From Dehalococcoidia bacterium UBA5748 (GTDB lineage: Bacteria; Chloroflexota; Dehalococcoidia; Dehalococcoidales; UBA5627): 55,446 nt of DNA. The notes beneath the pieces are model-generated. The model worked only from the letters and a program-made list of their open reading frames with translations. It was not told the origin of the DNA and did not search any database. Positions 37,736 through 49,146 of the stretch are shown one piece after another. Each line of letters begins with the position of its first letter. The stretch's first letter is position 1. A program made the position numbers and the translations under genes. Location of the stretch: positions 1 through 55,446 of the forward strand of contig DIFM01000027.1 in NCBI GenBank assembly GCA_002419135.1, written 5' to 3'.

Positions 37736-38719
37736 ATGAAGGTACACGAAGAACCAATCGAAATAGAAAATCTGACCAGGCTGAATGAATATGGCCCGGA
37801 TGACCTGTTTATCTGTTGCGCCAGTTTTGAAGACAGGTGTCTGCAGGCAGCCGCCAAAGCCGGCCCCAGTTATCGTGTACGCTTCAGCATCATCTTTGTA
37901 ATCGAAGAACCTTTCTATCAGCAGGTTGTCGAAACCAATATGTTGAAACTGCAAGCCGACTTGAGCAGAAGGACTTCAGAAGGGGTATTCGTTATCCGCT
38001 GTCAGCGAGATAATCCTATCGAAGGAATCAGTCAGTTGAAAAATATCTGGAATCGCTGCCGCCCCAAAGATTCCGATGATTCCTATATTACATTCGATAT
38101 AAGCGGTTTTACCAAGATTTATCTGCTTGAACTGCTGTATTTTCTGGTGGCAGAGCAGAATCTGGGTATCCCGCGCATTATTCACACCACGCAAAGTTAT
38201 TCTCCCACCAAACTTACACGCGGAGTGGAGCAAATTTCTACTGTACATAACTTCTTCGGTACTGTCTCATTCGACAAACAGACGATTCTGGTATTATTTT
38301 TGGGTTTCGAACCGGAACGCTCGCTTACGGTATGGAAGCATTTTAACCCGGTAAGAACGATTGCACTCATAACCAATCCTCCGCGCGGTAACAGCGAAGA
38401 GTATCTGGAATATGCCAAGAATAATAATTCTTTCCTGCTTTCTCAGGCAGGTGTGGAATTAAGGGACGTACCTGCCGATGACCCGCATTCGGCAAGAGAC
38501 GTGCTTGAAGAAATATACCATGAGATTCGGGATTCTTTTAATATGGTAATAGGGCCTTTCGGTACTAAATCACAAACGGTAGGCATTTTTCTTTTCTGCC
38601 TGGAGCACCCTAAGGCTCAGGTAGTTTATTCGTTCCCGGTAAACTATACCAAGTCGTATCTGAAACGGAAGCCGGGTAAAACGCTTATTTTGCCGCTTGC
38701 TCCAATTGTTAAAAGCTGA
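37736..38719 (+). CDS. Hypothetical protein with an internal duplication of a Csa3/CARF-like Rossmann module
   Basis: 327 aa. The two halves align: LFICCASFEDRC...DISGFTKIYLLELL against ILVLFLGFEPERS...IGPFGTKSQTVGIFLF. No effector, HTH or TM domain is visible. Confidence 0.6.
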   Translation: MKVHEEPIEIENLTRLNEYGPDDLFICCASFEDRCLQAAAKAGPSYRVRFSIIFVIEEPFYQQVVETNMLKLQADLSRRTSEGVFVIRCQRDNPIEGISQLKNIWNRCRPKDSDDSYITFDISGFTKIYLLELLYFLVAEQNLGIPRIIHTTQSYSPTKLTRGVEQISTVHNFFGTVSFDKQTILVLFLGFEPERSLTVWKHFNPVRTIALITNPPRGNSEEYLEYAKNNNSFLLSQAGVELRDVPADDPHSARDVLEEIYHEIRDSFNMVIGPFGTKSQTVGIFLFCLEHPKAQVVYSFPVNYTKSYLKRKPGKTLILPLAPIVKS

Positions 38720-38822
38720 TATATGGCGGAAAAGCCTAAACTTCCAGAAGATGAAATTAAACTGATTTCATAGCTAAATTCACCATTAAAAATAATAATT
38801 TCGTATTTAATTAAAAAAATAC

Positions 38823-38852
38823 TTGACATTATGCCTAGCTTTAGTTTATTCT
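38823..38852 (+). promoter_or_regulatory. Candidate sigma70-type promoter
   Basis: TTGACA (38823-38828), a 17-18 nt spacer, then TTATTCT, upstream of the small zinc-ribbon gene. Confidence 0.35.
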
Positions 38853-38883
38853 AGCTACAAACTACGAAAAAGGGAGGGAACCA

Positions 38884-39024
38884 ATGCAAGGCTATTGTAT
38901 GAAGTGTCGCGCCAAAAAAGAAATGAAAGATGCCAAAGCGATAACCATGAAGAACGGCCGCCCGGCGACCCAGGGTGTATGCCCTGTTTGTGGTACCAAA
39001 ATGTTCAAAATTGGTAAAGCGTAG
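38884..39024 (+). CDS. 46-aa zinc-ribbon protein (DUF5679-like)
   Basis: GGGAGGGA RBS, then MQGYCMKCRAKKEMKDAKAITMKNGRPATQGVCPVCGTKMFKIGKA (CxxC...CxxC), followed by a strong terminator. The overlapping 64-aa track ORF (38823..39017) is in another frame and looks spurious. Confidence 0.6.
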   Translation: MQGYCMKCRAKKEMKDAKAITMKNGRPATQGVCPVCGTKMFKIGKA

Positions 39025-39054
39025 TATTTACCAAAAACGGAAAATTGAATACTA

Positions 39055-39096
39055 GAGGCCGGACTCATCATAAGGATTTGTCCGGCCTCGGTGTTT
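39055..39096 (+). terminator. Rho-independent terminator
   Basis: Perfect 10-bp stem GAGGCCGGAC / GTCCGGCCTC followed by GGTGTTT. Confidence 0.65.
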
Positions 39097-39130
39097 AAAG
39101 TCGCTGCCTCTCCCTTGACAAAAAACGAAA

Positions 39131-39583
39131 ATGGCTATAGACTTGTCAAGGGTTATGAGTAAACAAGGAATGAATATCAGCGAAGCCGCCCAGACCCTGG
39201 GGGTATCCACCAGGACTATCAGGCGGTACATAAAATCCGGCAAGATACAGGCTGAACTTATAACCGGCCACTTTGGAGAAGAGTATCGCATTTTGGATCT
39301 GCCTTCCGACCTCGAGCCGATTAAAGAAGAAGCGGTTGATTACGAAAAACCCGGCGAAACCCCTATCCAACCTCCCTTATATGACCCCGGTAAGGCTCTT
39401 ATGCAGAGTATGGACCTTGTCAGGGAGCTGCAGGAAAAAAACACTAATATGGCTGCTCAACTTGGTATAGCCACCGAGCGCATTCGTAACCTTGAAAGCC
39501 AGTTAAAAGAGCTAAAACTTCTGACAACCCCGAAAGTCCCCTGGTGGAAAAAACCTTTCGTATCCGAAAGGAAAAAGAAATAA
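39131..39583 (+). CDS. Helix-turn-helix (excisionase/MerR-like) DNA-binding protein with a coiled-coil tail
   Basis: MNISEAAQTLGVSTRTIRRYIKSGKI HTH motif and a C-terminal heptad-like region. The start is uncertain (39131 or 39155) because a TTGACA..TATAGA promoter-like pair overlaps 39131. Confidence 0.6.
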   Translation: MAIDLSRVMSKQGMNISEAAQTLGVSTRTIRRYIKSGKIQAELITGHFGEEYRILDLPSDLEPIKEEAVDYEKPGETPIQPPLYDPGKALMQSMDLVRELQEKNTNMAAQLGIATERIRNLESQLKELKLLTTPKVPWWKKPFVSERKKK

Positions 39584-39810
39584 CATCTGTCCACCCCTGT
39601 CAAATATTGTCTAAGGTGTTTCTTTACAGTATCGCCTCGCTGAGAGTCCTTTTTTCAAATTGTTTTTCTTATTGGACGAGATTGTCTTAACCCTGTAATG
39701 AATTAGGCATTCGGTTATGGCTAAAAAATCGTTCGGTTGTCTTACCAAGCGTGCATAAGAGGGCATACGGTTTAATTTTAGGGTGGATATAGTTAAGATT
39801 GAGGAATCGG

Positions 39811-39895
<85 letters not shown>

Positions 39896-39974
39896 CCACA
39901 ACAAGATATTTTACCCTCTTATTCCGAATGATTCAACTTTTATGTTTTAACCACAGTTATGTTATGATTAATGG

Positions 39975-40421
39975 ATGCAAAAAGTATTGAAATATATCGG
40001 TATGCTAATCGGAATTGCCGTTGCAGGAGCGGTGTTCGGTGTGCTTTCGGCTTTTATACTTTCAAGGCTGATGGATGGTGGCTCCGGCGGGTGGGGTGGT
40101 TTAATAGGAGTAATAATGGGGTTGGCGTTGGGTTATCCGGTCGGAGTCTTCATCGGTATTGTCCTTTTTAAGACGCTGCTGCATTACAACGGTTCACTGC
40201 TGCTCGGTTTAGTAGGCGTCATCGTGGGTGGTGCTCTGCCCTTCATACTGGCTGAGCCTGTGGGTTTGAATAACTACGGGGATTTGTTGTGGGCAGTCAT
40301 CATAATAAGCTCTCCCCTGTTTGGTATTATCGGGTTTAACTTAAGGAAGAAATCTGCCGGCGAAAACCCCTCCCCAACAAATGGTAGTTTGGACACCCCG
40401 GACAACAATAGTTGGCATTAG
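39975..40421 (+). CDS. Glycine-rich polytopic membrane protein, unknown function
   Basis: 148 aa with four hydrophobic helices and a hydrophilic tail. Confidence 0.45.
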   Translation: MQKVLKYIGMLIGIAVAGAVFGVLSAFILSRLMDGGSGGWGGLIGVIMGLALGYPVGVFIGIVLFKTLLHYNGSLLLGLVGVIVGGALPFILAEPVGLNNYGDLLWAVIIISSPLFGIIGFNLRKKSAGENPSPTNGSLDTPDNNSWH

Positions 40422-40673
40422 AAAATCATTTAAAATACTTGTTATATTTTAATAACTGAAATATTTAAAAATATCATCTTAAATATCCATCCGCAAAGAT
40501 AAATCTGTCAAAGAAATCCCCCTCGATTATAAGACGAATTGTTCTCTGTAATATAATAAGAAATGTATACCTTATATTTCAGACAAATATTTTTGCGAGC
40601 GGCTATTCTGTGCTTGAAATGTCGAAAGAGGCCAAAAAATACGGGCGAATATAGAAAAGGCGGGGAAAATGTT

Positions 40674-40749
<76 letters not shown>

Positions 40750-40762
40750 CCTCTTTTTTTAA

Positions 40763-40837
40763 TGGAGCGGAAGACGAGATTCGAACTCGCGACCTCCTCC
40801 TTGGCAAGGAGGCATTCTACCGCTGAACTACTTCCGC
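40763..40837 (-). tRNA. tRNA-Gly (anticodon GCC)
   Basis: Reverse complement reads GCGGAAGTAGTTCAGCGGTAGAA...TTGCCAA...TTCGAAT...CTTCCGCTCCA. Confidence 0.9.
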
Positions 40838-40847
40838 ATACCCCATT

Positions 40848-40933
40848 TGGTGCCGAGAGAGAGATTTGAACTCTCACAAGCTTGCGCTTACTAGCCCCTC
40901 AAGCTAGCGTGTCTGCCATTCCACCATCTCGGC
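40848..40933 (-). tRNA. tRNA-Leu (anticodon GAG)
   Basis: Reverse complement reads GCCGAGATGGTGGAATGGCAGACACG...CTTGAGG...long variable arm...TCTCGGCACCA. Confidence 0.9.
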
Positions 40934-40934
40934 A

Positions 40935-41011
40935 TGGCAGGAGTGAGAGGATTCGAACCCCTGACCGACGGTTTTGGAGACCGCTGCTCTACCGAACTGA
41001 GCTACACTCCT
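40935..41011 (-). tRNA. tRNA-Trp (anticodon CCA)
   Basis: Reverse complement reads AGGAGTGTAGCTCAGTTCGGTAGAGC...CTCCAAA...TTCGAAT...CACTCCTGCCA. Confidence 0.9.
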
Positions 41012-41286
41012 AGGACTCCATCTAGCAGCATTTATGATACTACGAGAATGCTGCAGTTGTCAAAAATACAAACATCAATTTTCCGGTCAAATCCCGGACA
41101 TCGGGTTGTCACCGTGTATTTGTTACCGCATTAGCGGTCTATATGAAAAAAGATAATTATCCTGTCAAACCGGTTCTTTTCATTATCCGATATGATGGGC
41201 AATAACATTAAACCTTATAATAATCACGTTGGCACTCTTTGTATAATCGATGATACAATAATTGCAAATGGAAAGGGGGTGCCCTG

Positions 41287-42552
41287 TTGTATCAGAAAAC
41301 GGTACTTGATAACGGATTAAGAATTGTGACGAAAAGTATGCCGCAGACCAATTCGGTTTCCATGTGTATATTCATCGGAGTCGGTTCGCGGTATGAGAAA
41401 GAAAAAACTGCCGGCATCTCTCATTTTATAGAACATCTTATTTTCAGAGGTACCGAAAAAAGACCCGAAACCAGGTTGATTTCGGAAGCCATAGAGGGTG
41501 TGGGAGGCGTTCTTAACGGGGGAACAGATAAAGAACTGACTGTTTACTGGTGTAAAGTGCCTGCCGCCCACTTTTCGGTTGCCGTGGATGTGCTTTCCGA
41601 TATACTGCTAAATGCGCGCTTCGACCCGGCAGATATGGAAAAAGAGCGCCAGATTATTATGGAAGAAATAAAAATGACAAATGACGCCCCTGACCAGAGG
41701 GTAAACCACCTGATAGACCGGTCCTTATGGTACGGCAGTCCGCTGGCAAGGGATGTTGCCGGAACAAAAAAAACGGTATCGGCAATCACGCGCGATGATA
41801 TACTGGCATTTAAACAATTAAGCTATCTTCCATCCAATGCCGTGCTGTCAGTTGCCGGTAATATCAGTCACCAACAGGTTATCGAGGCTGTAAACGCTTG
41901 TCTCGGAAGCTGGGAGAACAGGCGTCACTTCCACAAGTATAGAGCTTATAAGTTAAAGCAATGCCCGCCGGTAAAAATAGAAAAAAGGAAGATTGAGCAG
42001 GCACACCTTTGTTTAGCTTTGCCGGGTTTATCGAGGTTTCATCCAAAAAGATATCATCTTGACGTATTGAATATCATATTGGGTGAAGGCATGAGCAGTC
42101 GTCTTTTCAACGAAGTTCGGGATAAGTTGGGGCTGGCATATACCATTGCCAGTTATGCCGAGCATCTTTCCGATACCGGCTCTTTAGTCGTCTATGCCGG
42201 AGTTGAGCCTAAAAAATTATCGACAGCTATTAAGGTGATTACAGAACAGATGGCCTTTTTTAAGCATGAGAAGGTTTCACCGGAAGAGTTGGCAAAAGCA
42301 AAAGAGATGGCTAAAGGAAGGCTGCTTTTAAGAATGGAGGAAAATCGCAATGTTGCCAGCTGGCTGGGGACACAGGAGATTCTCAATAACAGGATACTGA
42401 CAATAGATGATGTAGTCGCCATTATAGACGCGGTTACAGCAAAAGACATCAAGGAGATTGCAGGAGAACTGATGATATCCGAAATGTTGAAATTGGCGGT
42501 GGTCGGGCCTGTCAACAGGGACGAACCGCTGGAAGATTTGCTCCGTTTGTAG
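41287..42552 (+). CDS. M16-family (insulinase/pitrilysin-like) zinc peptidase
   Basis: Inverted zinc motif HFIEHLIFRGT (HxxEH). 421 aa. TTG start. Confidence 0.85.
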   Translation: MYQKTVLDNGLRIVTKSMPQTNSVSMCIFIGVGSRYEKEKTAGISHFIEHLIFRGTEKRPETRLISEAIEGVGGVLNGGTDKELTVYWCKVPAAHFSVAVDVLSDILLNARFDPADMEKERQIIMEEIKMTNDAPDQRVNHLIDRSLWYGSPLARDVAGTKKTVSAITRDDILAFKQLSYLPSNAVLSVAGNISHQQVIEAVNACLGSWENRRHFHKYRAYKLKQCPPVKIEKRKIEQAHLCLALPGLSRFHPKRYHLDVLNIILGEGMSSRLFNEVRDKLGLAYTIASYAEHLSDTGSLVVYAGVEPKKLSTAIKVITEQMAFFKHEKVSPEELAKAKEMAKGRLLLRMEENRNVASWLGTQEILNNRILTIDDVVAIIDAVTAKDIKEIAGELMISEMLKLAVVGPVNRDEPLEDLLRL

Positions 42553-42614
42553 TAATTAACAGTTGTCGATAGCAGCAGCAGTTCAAATCGCAACAAAACT
42601 ACAGGGATAATACA

Positions 42615-42646
42615 AAACGGGCGTGGTATTTACACCACGCCCGTTT
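42615..42646. terminator. Bidirectional rho-independent terminator between convergent genes
   Basis: 13-bp stem AAACGGGCGTGGT / ACCACGCCCGTTT with an A-tract on one side and a T-tract on the other. It lies between the M16 peptidase (+) and groEL (-). Confidence 0.7.
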
Positions 42647-42685
42647 AATGTTTTGTCTATATCTTGTCTAATCTCTGTCCGGAGC

Positions 42686-44329
<1,644 letters not shown>

Positions 44330-44379
44330 CTATATTTAACTTAAAATATTTCGTGACTTATCTTATTATAACTGTCTGC

Positions 44380-44673
44380 CTAGCATTTCTTTGCCAGAAT
44401 CTGGCTCTCGTTCAATATCATGTACTCTTGTCCGTCGATTTTAAATTCGGTCCCGCCGTATTTGGCGTAAACAACGATATCGCCGACCTTGACATCCATG
44501 GCGATTCTCTTGCCGTCTTCGGTCATCTTACCGGGACCGGCAGCTACGATTTCGCCTTCCATCGGTCTTTCCTTTGCGGTATCGGGCAGGACGATTCCCC
44601 CTTTGGTCATCTCCTCTCTCTCAATCGGTTTGACGACCACCCGGTCAGCTAACGGTTGTAATGTAATTGCCAT
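44380..44673 (-). CDS. groS: Co-chaperonin GroES
   Basis: 97 aa, [12 protein letters not shown]...GGIVLPD, upstream of groEL. Confidence 0.95.
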   Translation of the reverse strand: MAITLQPLADRVVVKPIEREEMTKGGIVLPDTAKERPMEGEIVAAGPGKMTEDGKRIAMDVKVGDIVVYAKYGGTEFKIDGQEYMILNESQILAKKC

Positions 44674-44722
44674 TCATACTCCTCCTTTTTCGTTTATTAA
44701 CTTGACAATATTTTTCAAAGCA

Positions 44723-44749
44723 TTAGCAATCTCAATGGGAGACTGCTAA
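44723..44749 (-). promoter_or_regulatory. CIRCE operator (HrcA binding site)
   Basis: TTAGCAATC-N9-GACTGCTAA against the consensus TTAGCACTC-N9-GAGTGCTAA. It lies about 50 nt upstream of groES. Confidence 0.8.
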
Positions 44750-44756
44750 CTTACAT

Positions 44757-44785
44757 ATAATAAAACAAATAAATATTTTCTGCAA
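44757..44785 (-). promoter_or_regulatory. groESL promoter
   Basis: On the minus strand: TTGCAG, a 17-nt spacer, then TATTAT, immediately upstream of the CIRCE element. Confidence 0.5.
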
Positions 44786-44918
44786 GTATCTGATGACAGA
44801 AAATTAAATATGTAGGGAATACCGGAGGAAAAAAATATTTTTATTGCTTTTACTTTTTACGCCGCACTCTTTATATCTCGTAAAAGCTGCCTTATCGTTG
44901 TGAAAAATGTCTTGTAAA

Positions 44919-45902
44919 TCAAATTAATTTTAATCCCGGGACGACGTCAACATCAAGTGCACTTATCTTCCCGCTTATAAGGCGGAAGTAGCCGCAGGAA
45001 GCTACCATAGCGGCGTTATCGGTGCAGAATACCGGTTTTGGGATAAGTACCGGAACGTGTGATTTCTCGGCTATGCGTCTGCGAAGCATTCGATTGGAGG
45101 CAACCCCTCCGGAAAGCAGTATTTGCCTTACATCGTTTTGCAGGGCTGCTTCAATGGCTTTTCCCACCAGCACATCGACCACCGCTTTTTGAAAACTGGC
45201 TGCCATGTCGGCAATGTTATCCCTGTCGATTTTTCCTTCCTCGCTCAGCTTCTGCAGATAGGTTTTTATACCGCTGAAACTGAAATCGTTGGTGCCTTTG
45301 ATCCAGGAATGGGGAAGGTCGATACAGGGGTCGCCGTTTTCTGCCGCTTTGTCAATGGCAGGGCCTCCCGGATATCCCAGCCCCATTATACGGGCTGCCT
45401 TGTCAAAGGCTTCTCCGGCGGCGTCATCACGGGTTCTGCCCAGCATTTTATAATCTCCGTGTCCTCTCATAAGAACCAGGTCACTGTGTCCACCGGAGAC
45501 AATCAAGCACAGGAGCGGGAATTCAGGTTCGTTTTCTCCCAGCCAGTTGGCGTACATATGAGCTTCCAGGTGGTTGACAGCAATAAGCGGCAACCCTTTG
45601 ACAGCCGCCAGGGCTTTGGCTGCGCTGGCGCCTACCAATAATGAGCCTGCCAGCCCGGGTCCGACAGTAACGGCAATGCCGTCTAAATCATCCCAGCCGG
45701 TTTCGGCATCATCCATTGCTTTTCGGATAACGGGAATAATTGAGAGAATGTGCTGTCTTGATGCCACTTCGGGAACGACTCCGCCGTAGCGGGCGTGGAT
45801 TTCCACCTGTGAGGCGATTTCATTCGAAAGCACAATAGTTCCGTCTCCCACTATGGCGGCGGCCGTTTCGTCGCAGGAAGATTCTATTCCGAGTATTTTC
45901 AT
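44919..45902 (-). CDS. tsaD: tRNA N6-adenosine threonylcarbamoyltransferase TsaD
   Basis: [14 protein letters not shown]-terminus and the HLEAH / GGVASN motifs. The ATG at 45902 is preferred over the TTG at 45911. Confidence 0.92.
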   Translation of the reverse strand: MKILGIESSCDETAAAIVGDGTIVLSNEIASQVEIHARYGGVVPEVASRQHILSIIPVIRKAMDDAETGWDDLDGIAVTVGPGLAGSLLVGASAAKALAAVKGLPLIAVNHLEAHMYANWLGENEPEFPLLCLIVSGGHSDLVLMRGHGDYKMLGRTRDDAAGEAFDKAARIMGLGYPGGPAIDKAAENGDPCIDLPHSWIKGTNDFSFSGIKTYLQKLSEEGKIDRDNIADMAASFQKAVVDVLVGKAIEAALQNDVRQILLSGGVASNRMLRRRIAEKSHVPVLIPKPVFCTDNAAMVASCGYFRLISGKISALDVDVVPGLKLI

Positions 45903-46059
45903 AACAGTCAATTATAGCATACCGGTTTGATATTTAAGAGTTGATATTTTTGACACTCGTATCTGCCGATGTTATTATTGTTATGTTATACGTTGGAAAA
46001 GTAACATTAAAAACCGAATATGTTAATTACGTATGAATTTCAAATAAGGTGAGGGGAAA

Positions 46060-47349
46060 ATGTCTGTCGAAGCATGGTATTTAGTGCTTCTCGTAATTTG
46101 TTTTATTTTATCCGCTTTTTTTTCAAGTTCGGAAACCGCATTTACATCTCTGGAGAGATTCCGCCTGCAGCACATGGTGGAAACCAATGTCGGGGGCGCC
46201 AAAAAGGTAGCCCGGTTACTGGAGAAACCGGAGAGGTTCTTATCGACCATTCTTTTGGGAAATAATCTGGTTAATGTAGCCGCTACCGCTATTGCTACTA
46301 CACTGGCAATATCGATGTGGGGACAGGAAAGCGGCGTGATTATCGCTACGGTAGGCATGACTATAATCCTGCTGATATTCGGTGAAACTACTCCGAAAAC
46401 ATTTGCCAAGATGCATCCGGAACGCATATCCACTTTATTCGTCAGGCCTGTGGAATGGTTGAGCTGGCTATTTTATCCGGTGGTTTTTATTCTTAGCTGG
46501 ATTGCTTCAGCCTTAATCCGTATAATCGGCGGCAAAACTGTTCCCAAGACGCTGGTCAGCACGGATGAAATACGCACTATGATAACTGTCGGTCACCAGG
46601 AAGGTTCAGTGGAAGAAGCCGAGGCCGACCTGCTGCATGCCGTATTCGAATTCGGAGATAATCCGGTAAGCGAAGTGCTGGTTCCCAGGCTGGAGGTGGT
46701 CGGAGTGGAAAAAGGTAAAACAATATCCGAATTTTTAGCCATCTATGCTGAAAACCCGATGTCGCGATTCCCTGTTTTTGTAGAAAATATGGACAATATT
46801 GTGGGAATACTTTCCATAAAGGATGTTTTGATGGCGCAGGCTAAGGGTACGGTTACTCCGGAGAGCCTTATAGATGACCTGATTCGTCCGGCTTATTTTG
46901 TTCCCGAGTCGAAACCGATAGATGAATTATTTGCCGAGATGCGCGACAGGAATTACCGTATGAGTATCATAGTAGATGAGTACGGCGGAACCGCCGGTAT
47001 TGTTTCTTTGAGCCGTTTGATGGAAGAAATAGTGGGCCCTGTCGGGGACGAGTTGGCGGCGGCGGAGAAGGAATTCGAATCCATCGATGAAAACACCTTT
47101 CAGATAGACGGCACGATGCGTATCGAAGAAGCCAACGAGGAGATGGGGCTGGGATTGCCGGAGGGTGAGTATGAAACGGTTGCCGGTTTTATCCTGCATC
47201 TGTTAGGCCGTATTCCGAAACAGGGCAGGCAAATCAAATATGAGGACCTCAAGATAGTCATTACCCGTATGAAAGGCCATAAAATCGAAGAGATAATGGT
47301 AACCAGGGATAAGAAGAAGGAAGATGAACCGGCTTCGGGTAAGGTTTAG
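46060..47349 (+). CDS. CNNM/TlyC-family protein (DUF21 membrane domain, CBS pair, CorC_HlyC)
   Basis: Four N-terminal helices, a CBS-pair region and a C-terminal CorC-type domain (FQIDGTMRIEEANEEMGL). Confidence 0.85.
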   Translation: MSVEAWYLVLLVICFILSAFFSSSETAFTSLERFRLQHMVETNVGGAKKVARLLEKPERFLSTILLGNNLVNVAATAIATTLAISMWGQESGVIIATVGMTIILLIFGETTPKTFAKMHPERISTLFVRPVEWLSWLFYPVVFILSWIASALIRIIGGKTVPKTLVSTDEIRTMITVGHQEGSVEEAEADLLHAVFEFGDNPVSEVLVPRLEVVGVEKGKTISEFLAIYAENPMSRFPVFVENMDNIVGILSIKDVLMAQAKGTVTPESLIDDLIRPAYFVPESKPIDELFAEMRDRNYRMSIIVDEYGGTAGIVSLSRLMEEIVGPVGDELAAAEKEFESIDENTFQIDGTMRIEEANEEMGLGLPEGEYETVAGFILHLLGRIPKQGRQIKYEDLKIVITRMKGHKIEEIMVTRDKKKEDEPASGKV

Positions 47350-47968
47350 AAGAGGCTCTGAGGTTAAATATATATCCCACCTTGATATTATCAGGGTATG
47401 GGTGAGGGCTTTTCGTCGTGCCGGTATCGAACCGGCTTATTCCGAAGGATTCAATCCCCACCCGCGCATTTCGCTGGCGGCGCCGCTGGCCACCGGTGTT
47501 ACCAGCGATGCCGAGTTGATGGACATTTACATCAACGATAGCGTATCCCCGCACAATTTTACCGCTGCGGTTAACAGGCAGATGCCCGCCGGTATGGAAA
47601 TTCTGAATACATATCAGGTCGATAGCGGATTGCCGTCTTTACAGGCTCAGGTTACCGCTGCAGAATATAGCGTTCAAGTAGCTGTAGAAGGCAGAGAGGA
47701 TAGCCTTAGACAGGCGTTGACAGACATGCTCTCAAAAGATCAGATTCCATGGCAGCACGTGCGAGATACCGGAATAAAATGCTATGACCTGAGGGCTTTA
47801 ATCGAAGACTTGTGGCTTGAAAATTGCAGTCAAAATATCGCCGTGGTCGGAATGAGATTGGCGTGTGACAATCGAGGTTCGGGCAGGCCGGAGCAGGTTA
47901 TCAAAGCGCTTGGTTTCGAACGTCCTCTTTCGGTTCATCGAACCAGATTGATTTTAAAAACGAGTTGA
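47324..47968 (+). CDS. DUF2344 / TIGR03936-type radical-SAM-linked protein
   Basis: RFRRGSEVKYISHLDIIRVWVRAFRRAGIEPAYSEGFNPHPRISLA is characteristic of this family, as I recall it. Confidence 0.7.
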   Translation: MNRLRVRFRRGSEVKYISHLDIIRVWVRAFRRAGIEPAYSEGFNPHPRISLAAPLATGVTSDAELMDIYINDSVSPHNFTAAVNRQMPAGMEILNTYQVDSGLPSLQAQVTAAEYSVQVAVEGREDSLRQALTDMLSKDQIPWQHVRDTGIKCYDLRALIEDLWLENCSQNIAVVGMRLACDNRGSGRPEQVIKALGFERPLSVHRTRLILKTS

Positions 47969-47971
47969 CCG

Positions 47972-49135
47972 TTGGATAATTCCAGTATGCCCCAAAAACT
48001 GTCAAGTCCTGTCATACCGGCAAACAGGCAGTTAAAGGCCAACCGCTTTGCCCGTATCAGCCGGCGCTTGTCTTTTTTTAAAGCGTTATTGTTTACTGCT
48101 TTATTAATCTTGCTTACATTCAGCGGCTTCTCATCAAAAATAATAATATATCTGGATTTACCACTGATTACGTCCGCGATCGTCTATGCCCTCATACTGA
48201 CTGTAGCCTACCTGGTACTTGTTACTCCATTGGATACTTATAAAGGGTTTGTACTGGCGCGGCGTTACGGTTTGTCTACCCAAAGTTTCGGGAATTGGCT
48301 GGGAGGGTATATTCAATCCGTACTTTTGGTGTCAATACTTGTCATAGCGGTTGTTGTTGCTGTTTACTGGGCGATTTCTGTTCTGCCTGAAATATGGTGG
48401 CTTTTAGTTTGGGGAATACTAATGGTTGTCAGTCTGCTACTGAATCTACTGTTACCGGGAATTATTATTCCGAGGTTTTATGAAACACGACCACTCGATG
48501 ATGAGGATTTGAGGCAGAGGTTCTATGCCCTTGTGAAAAAAGCCGGGGTTTCTGTAAAAGGTATTTATACTATCAAATTTAGCAGCAAGCGGACTACTGC
48601 CAATGCGGCACTGGTAGGTATCGGCGGGAGCAAACGTATATTACTAAGCGATACGCTGCTTGCCGATTACCCGGTTGAAGAAATCGAGGCAGTTATAGCC
48701 CATGAACTGGGGCATCTGAAGAATCGCGACGGAGCAGGTATATTTTTATTTCAGGCTTTAATTATATTTGCCTGCCTGTGGATAACCGCTGTCTCTGTTG
48801 GTGATTTGGCAGTCCCTTTGGGATATAGCGGTATCGGAGATGTTGCCTTGCTGCCGCTTATGGCTCTGGTATTTGCTATAATCAACACTGTATTTACGCC
48901 GGTTTCCAATGCGGTGATGCGTAGTTTCGAGACGGCGGCTGATGATTTTGCCATCAGGCTGACGGGTAATCCGTCTGCTTATATTTCCATGATAACAAAG
49001 TTGATGCGGCAGAACCTCGCGGAGGTCAATCCGCCGTTGTGGGTGGAGTTTTTATTATATGACCACCCCGGATATTACAGGCGAATTTCTTATGCCAAAA
49101 GTTTTATGCGTGAGAAAACGGAAAACAGTGAATAA
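47972..49135 (+). CDS. M48-family (Ste24/HtpX-like) membrane zinc metallopeptidase
   Basis: Multiple TM helices and the HELGH zinc motif (AHELGHLKNRD). The start could be the TTG at 47972 or the ATG at 47987. Confidence 0.8.
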   Translation: MDNSSMPQKLSSPVIPANRQLKANRFARISRRLSFFKALLFTALLILLTFSGFSSKIIIYLDLPLITSAIVYALILTVAYLVLVTPLDTYKGFVLARRYGLSTQSFGNWLGGYIQSVLLVSILVIAVVVAVYWAISVLPEIWWLLVWGILMVVSLLLNLLLPGIIIPRFYETRPLDDEDLRQRFYALVKKAGVSVKGIYTIKFSSKRTTANAALVGIGGSKRILLSDTLLADYPVEEIEAVIAHELGHLKNRDGAGIFLFQALIIFACLWITAVSVGDLAVPLGYSGIGDVALLPLMALVFAIINTVFTPVSNAVMRSFETAADDFAIRLTGNPSAYISMITKLMRQNLAEVNPPLWVEFLLYDHPGYYRRISYAKSFMREKTENSE

Positions 49136-49146
49136 GGGGTTGCTTT

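Noticed and set aside
38823-39017. 64-aa ORF from the track
   Set aside because: A different frame (38884-39024) has a strong RBS, a CxxC...CxxC zinc-ribbon protein and a terminator. The 64-aa frame has none of these.
40934-41134. 66-aa plus-strand ORF
   Set aside because: It starts inside tRNA-Trp on the opposite strand. No RBS or motif is present.
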